Below are positions 19,169-27,682 of a DNA stretch of 64,000 nt, in pieces (position 1 is the stretch's first letter; each line of letters begins with the position of its first letter). The DNA lies in NCBI GenBank assembly GCA_934446365.1, contig CAKSDZ010000002.1:37751-101750 (forward strand), in the 5' to 3' direction. Position numbers and translations under genes: made by a program. The notes under the pieces are model-generated. The model saw only the letters and a list, made by a program, of their open reading frames with translations, made no database searches and was not told where the DNA came from. Source of the DNA: an uncultured Eubacteriales bacterium. Its GTDB lineage: Bacteria > Bacillota > Clostridia > Oscillospirales > CAG-272.

Positions 19169-19197
19169 TTTACAAACGGTACGGATTGTGATAAAAT
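19169..19197 (+). promoter_or_regulatory. sigma-A-type promoter with extended -10
   Basis: TTTACA, 17-nt spacer, TGaTAAAAT (the -10 hexamer is 19192-19197). Confidence 0.5.
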
Positions 19198-19267
19198 TTG
19201 CATGGTCGTTTTCCGTCCCGCGCTTCGGCGCGGAACCGGTCAAAACGGAGAAAGAGGTAAATTCTTC

Positions 19268-20623
19268 ATGAAAAGAGAGCTATTAAACTACGACATTTTT
19301 CCCAAGGTATTCCCCACCGACACCTGTGTCCGCTTCACGGTCAAGCCGCTCGGCGGCCATGCGGCGTTTGAAGCCGGTGCGGAGCATACCGTCTCCATTT
19401 ATGCGATGGACAAGGGCGATCCTGCAAGATATCCGGAACGGCACAATTTGACGGAATATAAAGTGACCCCGGACGGCGACGGCTGTATCCGCGTCACCCA
19501 CACCTTCCGCGGCGAGAGCGAATACTATGTCCGGATATTCAAAGAAGGCGCCCGCATCGTTCAGCTTTCCGTTTATGCGGTGCTGCCCGATCTCGTCGGA
19601 CGCTATCCGTACATGGGAGACATGCACATGCACTCCACGATGTCGGACGGCAAGGAGCATCCGTACATCGTCGCAGCAAACTACCGGAAATTCGGTTACG
19701 ACTTCATGGCAATCACGGATCACCGAAAATTCTATCCCTCTTTGGAGACCCGCAATTTTTACAGCGATCTGAACTTAGATATCCGGTTTTATACCGGTGA
19801 GGAAATCCATCTTCCCGGGAACGACATTCATATCGTCAATTTCGGCGGCGATTACAGCATCAACGGATTGCTGGAATCCTCACAGCAGTTTATCTGCCGC
19901 GGCGCCGACCCGAAATGGCGCTCCATTAACGGAAGCTGCCCCGACGTTCTCACCGTCCCCCAGTATGAAGAGGAGGTAAACGCGCTCATAGAGACGCTGA
20001 ACATTCCGGATGGAATTGAAAAATTCCAGTACGCCTCCTGCGTTTGGATCCTAAATCACATCAGAAAAGCGCACGGACTCGGAATTTTCGCCCATCCGTA
20101 CTGGATTTCCAACGTCTTTCAGGTGCCGGAGACATTCATCGACTATCTGTTTGAAACCCATCCGTTCGACGCCTTTGAAGTTTTCGGCGGAGAGCCGTAT
20201 TTTGAGCAAAACGGTTTTCAGGCCGCCAAATATTATGAATTCCGGGAAAAAGGCATCAAGGTCCCGATTGTGGGAAATACGGATTCTCACGGCTCGACGG
20301 AATACAATCCGATCATGAAAACCGCGCGCACAGTCGTATTCGCCAAGGAAAACACGAGAGATGAGATCGTATCCTCCGTCAAGAATTTTTATAATGCGGC
20401 GGTCCAGGACATCGGCGAACATCTCGAGGTGCTGGGCGATCTGCGCATGATGAAATATGCGTGGTTCCTTCTCACAAATTATTTTCCGCTCCACGACGAG
20501 CTTTGCTTCGAGGAGGGCCGTCTGATGAAGGAATTTGCCTGCGGCGACGCGGAAGCCGGAGACGAACTGCGCCGCATCTCGGGCAGAACACAAAAGCTGC
20601 GTGAAAAATATTTTATGTTCTGA
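19268..20623 (+). CDS. PHP-domain metal-dependent phosphoesterase family protein with N-terminal beta-rich domain
   Basis: The GDMHMHSTMSDGKEHP...AITDH motifs are typical of PHP. Start placed at MKRELLNY, with a purine-rich GAGAAAGAGG upstream. Confidence 0.7.
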   Translation: MKRELLNYDIFPKVFPTDTCVRFTVKPLGGHAAFEAGAEHTVSIYAMDKGDPARYPERHNLTEYKVTPDGDGCIRVTHTFRGESEYYVRIFKEGARIVQLSVYAVLPDLVGRYPYMGDMHMHSTMSDGKEHPYIVAANYRKFGYDFMAITDHRKFYPSLETRNFYSDLNLDIRFYTGEEIHLPGNDIHIVNFGGDYSINGLLESSQQFICRGADPKWRSINGSCPDVLTVPQYEEEVNALIETLNIPDGIEKFQYASCVWILNHIRKAHGLGIFAHPYWISNVFQVPETFIDYLFETHPFDAFEVFGGEPYFEQNGFQAAKYYEFREKGIKVPIVGNTDSHGSTEYNPIMKTARTVVFAKENTRDEIVSSVKNFYNAAVQDIGEHLEVLGDLRMMKYAWFLLTNYFPLHDELCFEEGRLMKEFACGDAEAGDELRRISGRTQKLREKYFMF

Positions 20624-20630
20624 CAAAAAA

Positions 20631-20652
20631 CACCGGCGCTTCGGCGCCGGTG
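20631..20652. terminator. hairpin in convergent intergenic region
   Basis: CACCGGCGC-TTCG-GCGCCGGTG. An A6 run precedes it, which gives a T-run on the minus strand. Confidence 0.5.
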
Positions 20653-20680
20653 TTCCGCTCACAAATGATATAAAGGAAAA

Positions 20681-20717
20681 GCCGCCCGGCGTCAAATACG
20701 ACGCGGGCGGCTTTTTT
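20681..20717. terminator. bidirectional rho-independent terminator
   Basis: GCCGCCCG...CGGGCGGC stem followed by TTTTTT on plus. AAAA precedes it, which gives a T-run on minus. Confidence 0.65.
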
Positions 20718-20726
20718 GCACACCGA

Positions 20727-21482
20727 TTATTTTTCCTGCGTTTCCTTTCCGGAATCGTCAAGAAAATAGTTGATTTCATTATACAGCGTATTTTTATAAA
20801 GAATATTTCCGTCTTTCAAAGAGGATTCCGCAGCATAAAACTTCGCTTCCAAATCTTCAAGAGGAATCTGCTTGATTGAGACGGTATCGGTGGTAAACAG
20901 AATCGGTTTTCCCTCGACGGTAAATTCAAATGTCGCCTTATCGAGCTCAATGCCCTCTTTTTCAAAAGCGGTTATCACCATATAGACACACTGAGCAACT
21001 TCATTGGCATCCTCAAGCTCGGAAAGCTTGATGCGATAAATCTCCTTCACGTCTTTCACATCATAGGAGATTCCGGCATCCACCTCGCGGAATTTATAGC
21101 CATTGCTGTCGTCGGCATAGAGGTCGAGCCACTGAACGTCCTCCACGCAGGCAAGCTCTCGGGCGTCGCCCAAAGCCTCGTCAAGCTGCGGGTCAATTAC
21201 GGAATTTGCCCATCTTACCGAATAGCTGTCCGTCGTAAGCATGGAAGTATAATAAATTTCAAAGTCCACATTTGTCGTCAGGCATTTGACATTGACGGTG
21301 TATTTTCCGCTCGTCTCCTTATCCTGTGTATAATCGATAAGTTCGAATTCCATTCCTTTATATTTGCTGTCCAGATACTCATAAACCTTATTCTGTATTT
21401 TTTTTGACGGTGTACATGCGCAAACTGCCAAAATCAAAGAAGCGACAAGCAGCAGCGCGGCAATTTTCCTTACATACTTCAT
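20727..21482 (-). CDS. hypothetical lipoprotein
   Basis: MKYVRKIAALLLVASLILAVCAC has a signal peptide and lipobox. I recognise no family. Confidence 0.6.
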   Translation of the reverse strand: MKYVRKIAALLLVASLILAVCACTPSKKIQNKVYEYLDSKYKGMEFELIDYTQDKETSGKYTVNVKCLTTNVDFEIYYTSMLTTDSYSVRWANSVIDPQLDEALGDARELACVEDVQWLDLYADDSNGYKFREVDAGISYDVKDVKEIYRIKLSELEDANEVAQCVYMVITAFEKEGIELDKATFEFTVEGKPILFTTDTVSIKQIPLEDLEAKFYAAESSLKDGNILYKNTLYNEINYFLDDSGKETQEK

Positions 21483-21493
21483 TATCCTACCTC

Positions 21494-22105
21494 CTAAAAC
21501 ATATTGGATAACGCAAGCTCCAAGGCTGAAACAATCGTGTCAAGCGGCAGAAACGGAGCGTTTTCCCTCTCCTTTTCCGCATAGGGTACGTGGAGAAAAC
21601 CGGCTTTGATGTCTTTGCTTTCCCTTGCAATCTTATCGAGCGAGGAATACAAGACATAATTGCATAAATACGTTCCGGCGGAAAAGGAAAAGCCTGCGGG
21701 AATACCGGCGTTCTGCAAGGCATGCAGAATCGCACTGCTATTATACGTCGTAAAATATGCGGCCGGACCGTCGTCCGCAATTTTCCGTTCCAAAGCGCCA
21801 AGCTCCGTTCCATCCGGATATTTTCCGAGATTATCTTTTACAGCGCCGCAAAGGTTGATTCCGACCCGTTCGATTCGGATGCGGTCGGAACCGCCGGCAA
21901 GCCCCGTCATCAAGACGGCATCCGGCTCGAACTCCCTCCATGCAAAGAGAAGTGCCGCAAATGCGCCGCTCCACGTGACCGGCAAAATCAGTTTTTTGAT
22001 TTCTTTTCCATTCAGCTCCGGCAGCTTTTTCACTGCCTCGGAGGACGGATTGCATCTGTTGGCGCCGAACGGCTCAAAACCGGTAAGCAAGATTTTGGAA
22101 GCCAT
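21494..22105 (-). CDS. pcp: pyroglutamyl-peptidase I
   Basis: MASKILLTGFEPFGANRCNPSSEAVKKLP...IRIERVGINL. Start is the internal ATG at 22105. Confidence 0.85.
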   Translation of the reverse strand: MASKILLTGFEPFGANRCNPSSEAVKKLPELNGKEIKKLILPVTWSGAFAALLFAWREFEPDAVLMTGLAGGSDRIRIERVGINLCGAVKDNLGKYPDGTELGALERKIADDGPAAYFTTYNSSAILHALQNAGIPAGFSFSAGTYLCNYVLYSSLDKIARESKDIKAGFLHVPYAEKERENAPFLPLDTIVSALELALSNMF

Positions 22106-22380
22106 AAGAACACCCTTTCCGCTCCGCTCAAAAATAGAAAAGACAGAATCCCATACAAGCATAATGATAGGATTCTTGTGTGAGTATACCATACTTTTTA
22201 GAAAAAATCAAGTATTTTGAGGATTTTTTGTCCCTTTACGCCCGTTTCGTTCGTTGACGCCGCATAAGTAATTCAATATATGTCAATAATCTCCACAATA
22301 TTCTAATTTTCCCAAACAAAATACACCGACAGACGTCGTGGGTTGTTTGGGAGAGCCTATGGGCATGGAGGAAACGAGTC

Positions 22381-23625
22381 ATGACAAACAGAAAAATCTC
22401 ATCCGTTCGCGCCTTTGAAACGCTGGATTCCAGAGGAAATCCGACCGTCACGGTGCACCTTGCATTGGAGGGCGGAGGCTCCGGCATGGCCAGCGTGCCG
22501 TCCGGCGCGTCCACCGGAGAATACGAGGCGGCGGAGCGCAGAGACGGTGAGCCCGCCCGCTTTTCCGGCCGCGGCACACAAAAAGTATGCGCAGACATCG
22601 AAAAAATCATTCTTCCGGCGATCCGCGGCCTCGACGTCTCCTTTCAGCGCGCGCTGGATCTCAGGCTTTGCGAGCTCGACGGAACCGAAAACAAATCGCG
22701 TCTCGGCGCGAACGCCATCCTCGCCGTATCACTTGCGGCGGCAAGAGCCGCGGCAAATGCCTATGAAATGCCGCTTTACCGTTATCTCGGCGGCATCTAC
22801 GGGAGCGTTTCCATGCCCGTACCGATGATGAATATTCTGAACGGCGGACGGCATGCGGATAACAACATCGACATTCAGGAATTTATGATTGTTCCGGTGG
22901 GCGCTCAAACCATTTCCGAGGCCGTCAGAATCGGAAGCGAGGTATATCATGCTCTCCGCGCCACGCTTCAAAAAGAGGGATATGCGACCTCGGTCGGCGA
23001 CGAGGGAGGCTTTGCGCCCGATCTTTCGGACGATGAGGCGGCCATCGAGCTGATCCTGAAAGCGATCGAAACGGCGGGCTACACGACGGACGAGGTAAAG
23101 CTCGCCCTCGACGTCGCCGCCAGCGAGTGGGCGGACGGCGACAGCTATTCCCTGCCCGGACGCGGCATCACGCTCTCCGCAGAAGAGCTGATTCACAAAT
23201 TCGAGGATTGGTGCGGCAAATATCCCATTTTATCCATCGAGGATCCGGTAGGAGAGAACGATGCCGCCGGCTGGAAAGCGATTACGGAACGGCTGGGAGG
23301 CAAGATCATGCTGGTGGGCGACGATCTCTTCGTGACAAACAGCGCGCGTCTGCGCACCGGCATCGAAAACGGCATCGCAAATGCGGTCCTTGTCAAGCCG
23401 AATCAGATCGGCACGCTTTCCGAAACGCTCGATACCGTAAGACTTGCCGCCGGAAACGGTTACAAAGCCGTCATCTCCCACCGCTCCGGAGAAACCTCCG
23501 ACACGTTTATCTCCGATATCGCCGTCGCGACGAGCGCAGGTTTTCTCAAAGCGGGAGCGCCTGCCAGGGGCGAAAGGGTCGCAAAATACAACAGACTGAT
23601 TCAGATTGAAAGGCTTTTTGATTAA
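22381..23625 (+). CDS. eno: enolase (somewhat short and divergent, 414 aa)
   Basis: SVRAFETLDSRGNPTVTV...SVPSGASTGEYEA...DIQEFMIVP...GDEGGFAP...VKPNQIGT...SHRSGET...KYNRLIQIE. Confidence 0.9.
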   Translation: MTNRKISSVRAFETLDSRGNPTVTVHLALEGGGSGMASVPSGASTGEYEAAERRDGEPARFSGRGTQKVCADIEKIILPAIRGLDVSFQRALDLRLCELDGTENKSRLGANAILAVSLAAARAAANAYEMPLYRYLGGIYGSVSMPVPMMNILNGGRHADNNIDIQEFMIVPVGAQTISEAVRIGSEVYHALRATLQKEGYATSVGDEGGFAPDLSDDEAAIELILKAIETAGYTTDEVKLALDVAASEWADGDSYSLPGRGITLSAEELIHKFEDWCGKYPILSIEDPVGENDAAGWKAITERLGGKIMLVGDDLFVTNSARLRTGIENGIANAVLVKPNQIGTLSETLDTVRLAAGNGYKAVISHRSGETSDTFISDIAVATSAGFLKAGAPARGERVAKYNRLIQIERLFD

Positions 23626-23892
23626 GCCGTTCCCTCTCAAAGCCGCTGAATGGCCTATTCGGCGGCTTTGAATATTCGTCCGCTTGTCCGGCGCTGCCGG
23701 ACAAAGGTGTGTGGCAAAGACTTGTCTTTCTTAATACAATAATAGCGGAGAATCCGTTACAGGGCGTATTTTGTCAGAATTTGACAACCTGTTTCTTGAT
23801 TTTCCTGATTAAAAAACAGTGTAAGTTGGTAAAAATAGAATCGGAAGGCAAAAGAAGCCCTCCGAAAGTAAAAAAAGAAAGAGTGAGCCAAA

Positions 23893-24312
23893 TTGACCAT
23901 CAAACGCGGAGATATTTATTATGCGGATTTAAGTCCGGTCGTCGGAAGCGAACAGGGCGGTCTCAGACCCGTTCTGATTGTGCAAAATGACGTTGGAAAC
24001 CGATACAGTCCGACGGTCATTGCCGCTGCGATCACAAGTCAGCTCGGAAAGGCGAAGCTGCCGACGCATATCGACGTTTACGCCGAAAAGTACGGGCTTG
24101 TCAAGGATTCCGTGATTCTGCTCGAACAGATCCGAACCATTGACAAAACCAGACTGCGTGAAAAAATGGGACACCTTGACGACGTACTTATGCAAAGAGT
24201 CAACAATGCGATCACTGTCAGCTTCGGCCTTGACGAAGGATATGAATCCATGAAAGGACAGGCGGACATTCCCGCCGCGGCGGAAAAGGGAGCACCGGCC
24301 ATCACCGCATAA
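23893..24312 (+). CDS. mazF: MazF/EndoA (PemK family) type II toxin endoribonuclease
   Basis: (M)[59 protein letters not shown]... is nearly collinear with B. subtilis EndoA. TTG start, with an in-frame TGA 9 nt upstream. Confidence 0.85.
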   Translation: MTIKRGDIYYADLSPVVGSEQGGLRPVLIVQNDVGNRYSPTVIAAAITSQLGKAKLPTHIDVYAEKYGLVKDSVILLEQIRTIDKTRLREKMGHLDDVLMQRVNNAITVSFGLDEGYESMKGQADIPAAAEKGAPAITA

Positions 24313-24489
24313 CCATATCATATACCCAAAGTCCAAAAGAGACGCCCGTGGGGAAGCAATTTCCGGCGGCGTCTCTTTATTGTCTCATAGAAAACTCATA
24401 TCCAAATAAGCTCTCCATTTTTATATATTTTTCACAATAAATCAGCCGTTTTTTATCGTTTTTTATACATATTTTTGTCGATATTTTCA

Positions 24490-24518
24490 TTGACTAATCC
24501 TTTTTATTATGATAGAAT
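24490..24518 (+). promoter_or_regulatory. sigma-A-type promoter
   Basis: TTGACT (24490-24495), 17-nt spacer, TAGAAT (24513-24518), in a very AT-rich intergenic region. Confidence 0.6.
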
Positions 24519-24556
24519 GTTCGCGAAAAATGAAAATCAGGAGTGTACATCACAAA

Positions 24557-26236
24557 ATGAAAAATCATTATCAACTTCTGAAAGAACATTTCTTTCAGAA
24601 CCTCGAATCCACCTTAAAAGCTTATGAAGCCCGCATGAATCCGGAGACCTCCGCCCTTGAAAAATCTGCACTTCTCGGGCTTGACGATCCCGGTTATTAC
24701 GGCTGCTTTTATCCATGGTTCGTTCTCGGCTATTATATGCCCGATTCTCCTCGCTATCATGACAAAAAGCTTCTTGAATATGCGCTCGCGGCACTTGAAA
24801 AATATGAAACCTATATTCATGAAGACGGCTCGGTCGACCTTATCGAGACAAACTTTCATGATCCGGCGCAAACCGGCTTTCACGTCAAAGCTTATTTCGG
24901 TGTGACGGAAATTCTTGTGAAGTTCTCAGAGCATACCGAGCTCGAAGAGAAGCTATTGGAAATCACCGTCAGAATCCTTTCCAAAATGGGCGAGGCGATG
25001 TCGACACTCGGCTTCCATACGCCGAATCATCGTTGGGTCATCAGCGCTTCCCTTTCGATTGCGTATAGATACACACATAATCCGAAATTTCTTGAAACGA
25101 TCAATCGTTTCCTGATGGAGGGCATCGACTGCGACGAGAACGGCGAATATACCGAACGCTCGACCGGCTCCTATAACAACATCTGCAACCATTCTTTCTT
25201 TCTTCTCGCATATTTTCTGAACGACCCATCCTTTTTGGAGTATCCGAGACGCAACCTGAACCTGATGTACAGCTTCACGGAGCCGGATTTGACCGTCAAT
25301 ACGCTGAATTCCACAAGATGGGATCAGGGCGGCCAGTACAGCATCGCTCCTTACTATACCTTTTATCTGATTCTCGCACTTTGGGATAAAAATCCCGAAT
25401 TTGCCTACATGGCGGACACCATTACCGAAAAATTAGATTTGCCGTCGGCACTCAGCATTTATCAATGCGATATTCTTTCATTTTTCATGCTTTTCCCCGA
25501 AATGAATGAAAGACAGAGCGCACTTGAACCCAAAGCTCCCGCGAAGGATCAAGCCAAATTCCTTCCTAACAGCAACATCGCCAGAATCTACAAGCCTGAA
25601 AATGATCTCGTCATCACGCTTCTCGGAACAAGACATCCCGTATTCATGCAGCTCAACTACGGTTCCAGCATTATTCAAGTCCGTTATGCGGGTTCTTTCT
25701 TCGGCGACCCACATTCCCAGTTCCGGGCAAGAGAAATCGAACCGACGGAAGACGGCTTCCGGCTCATCTGCGACGAATCTGCCGGCTACCGTTCTCAACT
25801 GGAAGAAAAACCGGAAACCTCGGAGTGGCGCCATATGGACCACTCCAAGCGCAAAATCATAAACATTCAGCATTTCCACACCGAAATCACCGTCCATATC
25901 AAAGATGACGGCGCCGTGCTCGATATCGAAACCTCCGGCTGTGAAAGAATCCCGACCAAGCTCGAATTTGTCATGATGCCCGGCGGTAAGCTCGATACGC
26001 CGACCTTTGCGACCTATCCCAAAGCGGGCGATTATCTTTTCATCAAAGAGGGCAGCGCGCGTTACTTCTTAGACGGCCGCCGGTATATTGAAATCGACGG
26101 AGGCTTTTTCGCGCACACCTATGCGGAACACATGCGCGGCGCATTCCCGGCCGATGAGAAGAAAGTCACGCTCGCCATGACGGCAACGACACCGCAGCGT
26201 TCCACCGTGGAAATCCATGCGAAAAAAATCTATTGA
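24557..26236 (+). CDS. hypothetical cytoplasmic protein; alpha-helical N-terminal half plus beta-rich C-terminal half (heparinase II/III-like architecture is only a guess)
   Basis: Long ORF with no signal peptide. The start is chosen downstream of the predicted promoter, with AGGAG at 24539-24543. Motifs such as GFHTPNHRW are seen. I recognise no confident family. Confidence 0.55.
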   Translation: MKNHYQLLKEHFFQNLESTLKAYEARMNPETSALEKSALLGLDDPGYYGCFYPWFVLGYYMPDSPRYHDKKLLEYALAALEKYETYIHEDGSVDLIETNFHDPAQTGFHVKAYFGVTEILVKFSEHTELEEKLLEITVRILSKMGEAMSTLGFHTPNHRWVISASLSIAYRYTHNPKFLETINRFLMEGIDCDENGEYTERSTGSYNNICNHSFFLLAYFLNDPSFLEYPRRNLNLMYSFTEPDLTVNTLNSTRWDQGGQYSIAPYYTFYLILALWDKNPEFAYMADTITEKLDLPSALSIYQCDILSFFMLFPEMNERQSALEPKAPAKDQAKFLPNSNIARIYKPENDLVITLLGTRHPVFMQLNYGSSIIQVRYAGSFFGDPHSQFRAREIEPTEDGFRLICDESAGYRSQLEEKPETSEWRHMDHSKRKIINIQHFHTEITVHIKDDGAVLDIETSGCERIPTKLEFVMMPGGKLDTPTFATYPKAGDYLFIKEGSARYFLDGRRYIEIDGGFFAHTYAEHMRGAFPADEKKVTLAMTATTPQRSTVEIHAKKIY

Positions 26237-26320
26237 TTTATCTTGAAATTTGTAGTAAAATATTGGATATAATAACGGATATCCGATTATTCTGTAAAAT
26301 TTCAACAAAGGAGCATCGAT

Positions 26321-26860
26321 ATGGAACTCAAAGGATCGAGAACCGAAGCCAATCTCATGGCGGCCTTTGCGGGAGAATCGCAAGCCTACACCAAATATAC
26401 CTATTATGCCTCCAAAGCGAAAAAGGACGGGTATGTTCAAATCGGCAGCATCTTCGAGGAAACGGCAGGCAACGAAAAAGAGCATGCGAAAATCTGGTTC
26501 AAGCTGCTTCACGGCGGCGAGATGCCGGATACGCTCGACAACTTGAAGGACGCCGCAGCCGGTGAGAATTTTGAATGGACCGATATGTACGCGAAATTCG
26601 CCGAGGAAGCCAAGGAAGAGGGCTTTGACCGCATCGCTTATCTCTTTGAAGCCGTTGGAAAAATCGAAAAGGAGCATGAGGAGCGTTATCGCAAGCTGAT
26701 CGCCAACATCGACGGCGGACTCGTCTTTTCCAAGGATGGCGACGTGATCTGGCAATGCTCCAACTGCGGCCATATCGTCGTCGGCAAAAAAGCACCGGAG
26801 ATTTGTCCGGTATGTACGCACCCCAAGAGCTACTTCCAAGTAAAAGCGGAAAATTATTGA
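26321..26860 (+). CDS. rbr: rubrerythrin
   Basis: Ferritin-like di-iron half ([22 protein letters not shown]...EKEHAKIW) plus a C-terminal rubredoxin-like CSNCG...CPVC. Confidence 0.9.
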   Translation: MELKGSRTEANLMAAFAGESQAYTKYTYYASKAKKDGYVQIGSIFEETAGNEKEHAKIWFKLLHGGEMPDTLDNLKDAAAGENFEWTDMYAKFAEEAKEEGFDRIAYLFEAVGKIEKEHEERYRKLIANIDGGLVFSKDGDVIWQCSNCGHIVVGKKAPEICPVCTHPKSYFQVKAENY

Positions 26861-26871
26861 TTGCAAAAAGA

Positions 26872-26912
26872 AACAAGCGGCGGATTCAACTGAATCCGCC
26901 GCTTGTTATTGC
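26872..26912 (+). terminator. rho-independent terminator after rbr
   Basis: AACAAGCGGCGGATTC-AACT-GAATCCGCCGCTTGTT, a 16-bp stem. Confidence 0.7.
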
Positions 26913-26921
26913 TTATAGAAA

Positions 26922-26953
26922 GCGGAAAGGCGCTCCGCAACGCGCCTTTCCGC
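26922..26953. terminator. second hairpin in convergent intergenic region
   Basis: GCGGAAAGGCGC...GCGCCTTTCCGC, a 12-bp stem. The T-runs are weak on both sides. Confidence 0.45.
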
Positions 26954-26988
26954 CATTTCTTTAGGAGTGCGTGATCATCACGCTATAT

Positions 26989-27027
26989 AAAAACAGTCGG
27001 GCGGCGCTGCCGCCCTGCTGTTTTTAA
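26989..27027 (-). terminator. terminator downstream of pilin operon
   Basis: On the minus strand: AACAGCAGGGCGGCAGCGCCGCCCGACTGTTTTTAT. Confidence 0.55.
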
Positions 27028-27034
27028 CAATGGA

Positions 27035-27661
27035 TTAGTCTATCTGCTCTAAGTAGAAAGAACCGACATATTCATCGCCTATCTTCTGACCATCATCAAG
27101 CGTATTGTTGACATTTTGCAATATTGCCGAATTGGCAATCAATATCACCCGAAACTCTGTTCCGTTTTTACCCGTAATGGTAGCAACATAATCATAATAA
27201 GCAATGCTCTCAACAGCAGCTCCAAAATCTGTAGCATCTGCCGCTTTCTTTGATACTGCCGTTGTTTTTTTCAGAACAGCGCCAATATCGTAGAAAGAAT
27301 TTTTTTCTTCTTTTGCCGCTTTTGCAAATGTAATAACAGTTTTGGTTTTACTTCCATCCTCGTTTGTAACAGTACTTGTGCTGGAAGCCTCCTGCGGAAC
27401 GACACCGAAAGTCAAGGTTGAAAATGCAATAAATTCGCCATTCCCATTGAGTTCAAGAGTGGCCGGTGTGCCGTTTTCCGCTATGAAATCATAATACTGC
27501 GCATTAAGCATTGATTTGATTTCCTGCAAATCCGCCGAAGCATTGGCCTTGGCTACCACATTCGAGAAAGTGGCGATCATAACACCGGCCAAAATGGCAA
27601 TGACGGCAATGACAATAACAAGCTCAACAAGTGTAAAGCCCTTTTTATTTGTTTTTTTCAT
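27035..27661 (-). CDS. type IV pilin (PilA-like, probable major subunit)
   Basis: MKKTNKKG|FTLVELVIVIAVIAILAGVMIATFSNVV is a canonical class III signal with Glu5. 208 aa. Confidence 0.8.
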   Translation of the reverse strand: MKKTNKKGFTLVELVIVIAVIAILAGVMIATFSNVVAKANASADLQEIKSMLNAQYYDFIAENGTPATLELNGNGEFIAFSTLTFGVVPQEASSTSTVTNEDGSKTKTVITFAKAAKEEKNSFYDIGAVLKKTTAVSKKAADATDFGAAVESIAYYDYVATITGKNGTEFRVILIANSAILQNVNNTLDDGQKIGDEYVGSFYLEQID

Positions 27662-27682
27662 GGATCTACCTCGTCTGACCTA

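Noticed and set aside
23709-23990. 93-aa ORF upstream of, and overlapping, mazF as a candidate antitoxin
   Set aside because: It overlaps mazF by about 100 nt in another frame. It is Arg/Lys/Cys-rich with no RHH, AbrB or MazE-like pattern, and it starts at GTG without an RBS.
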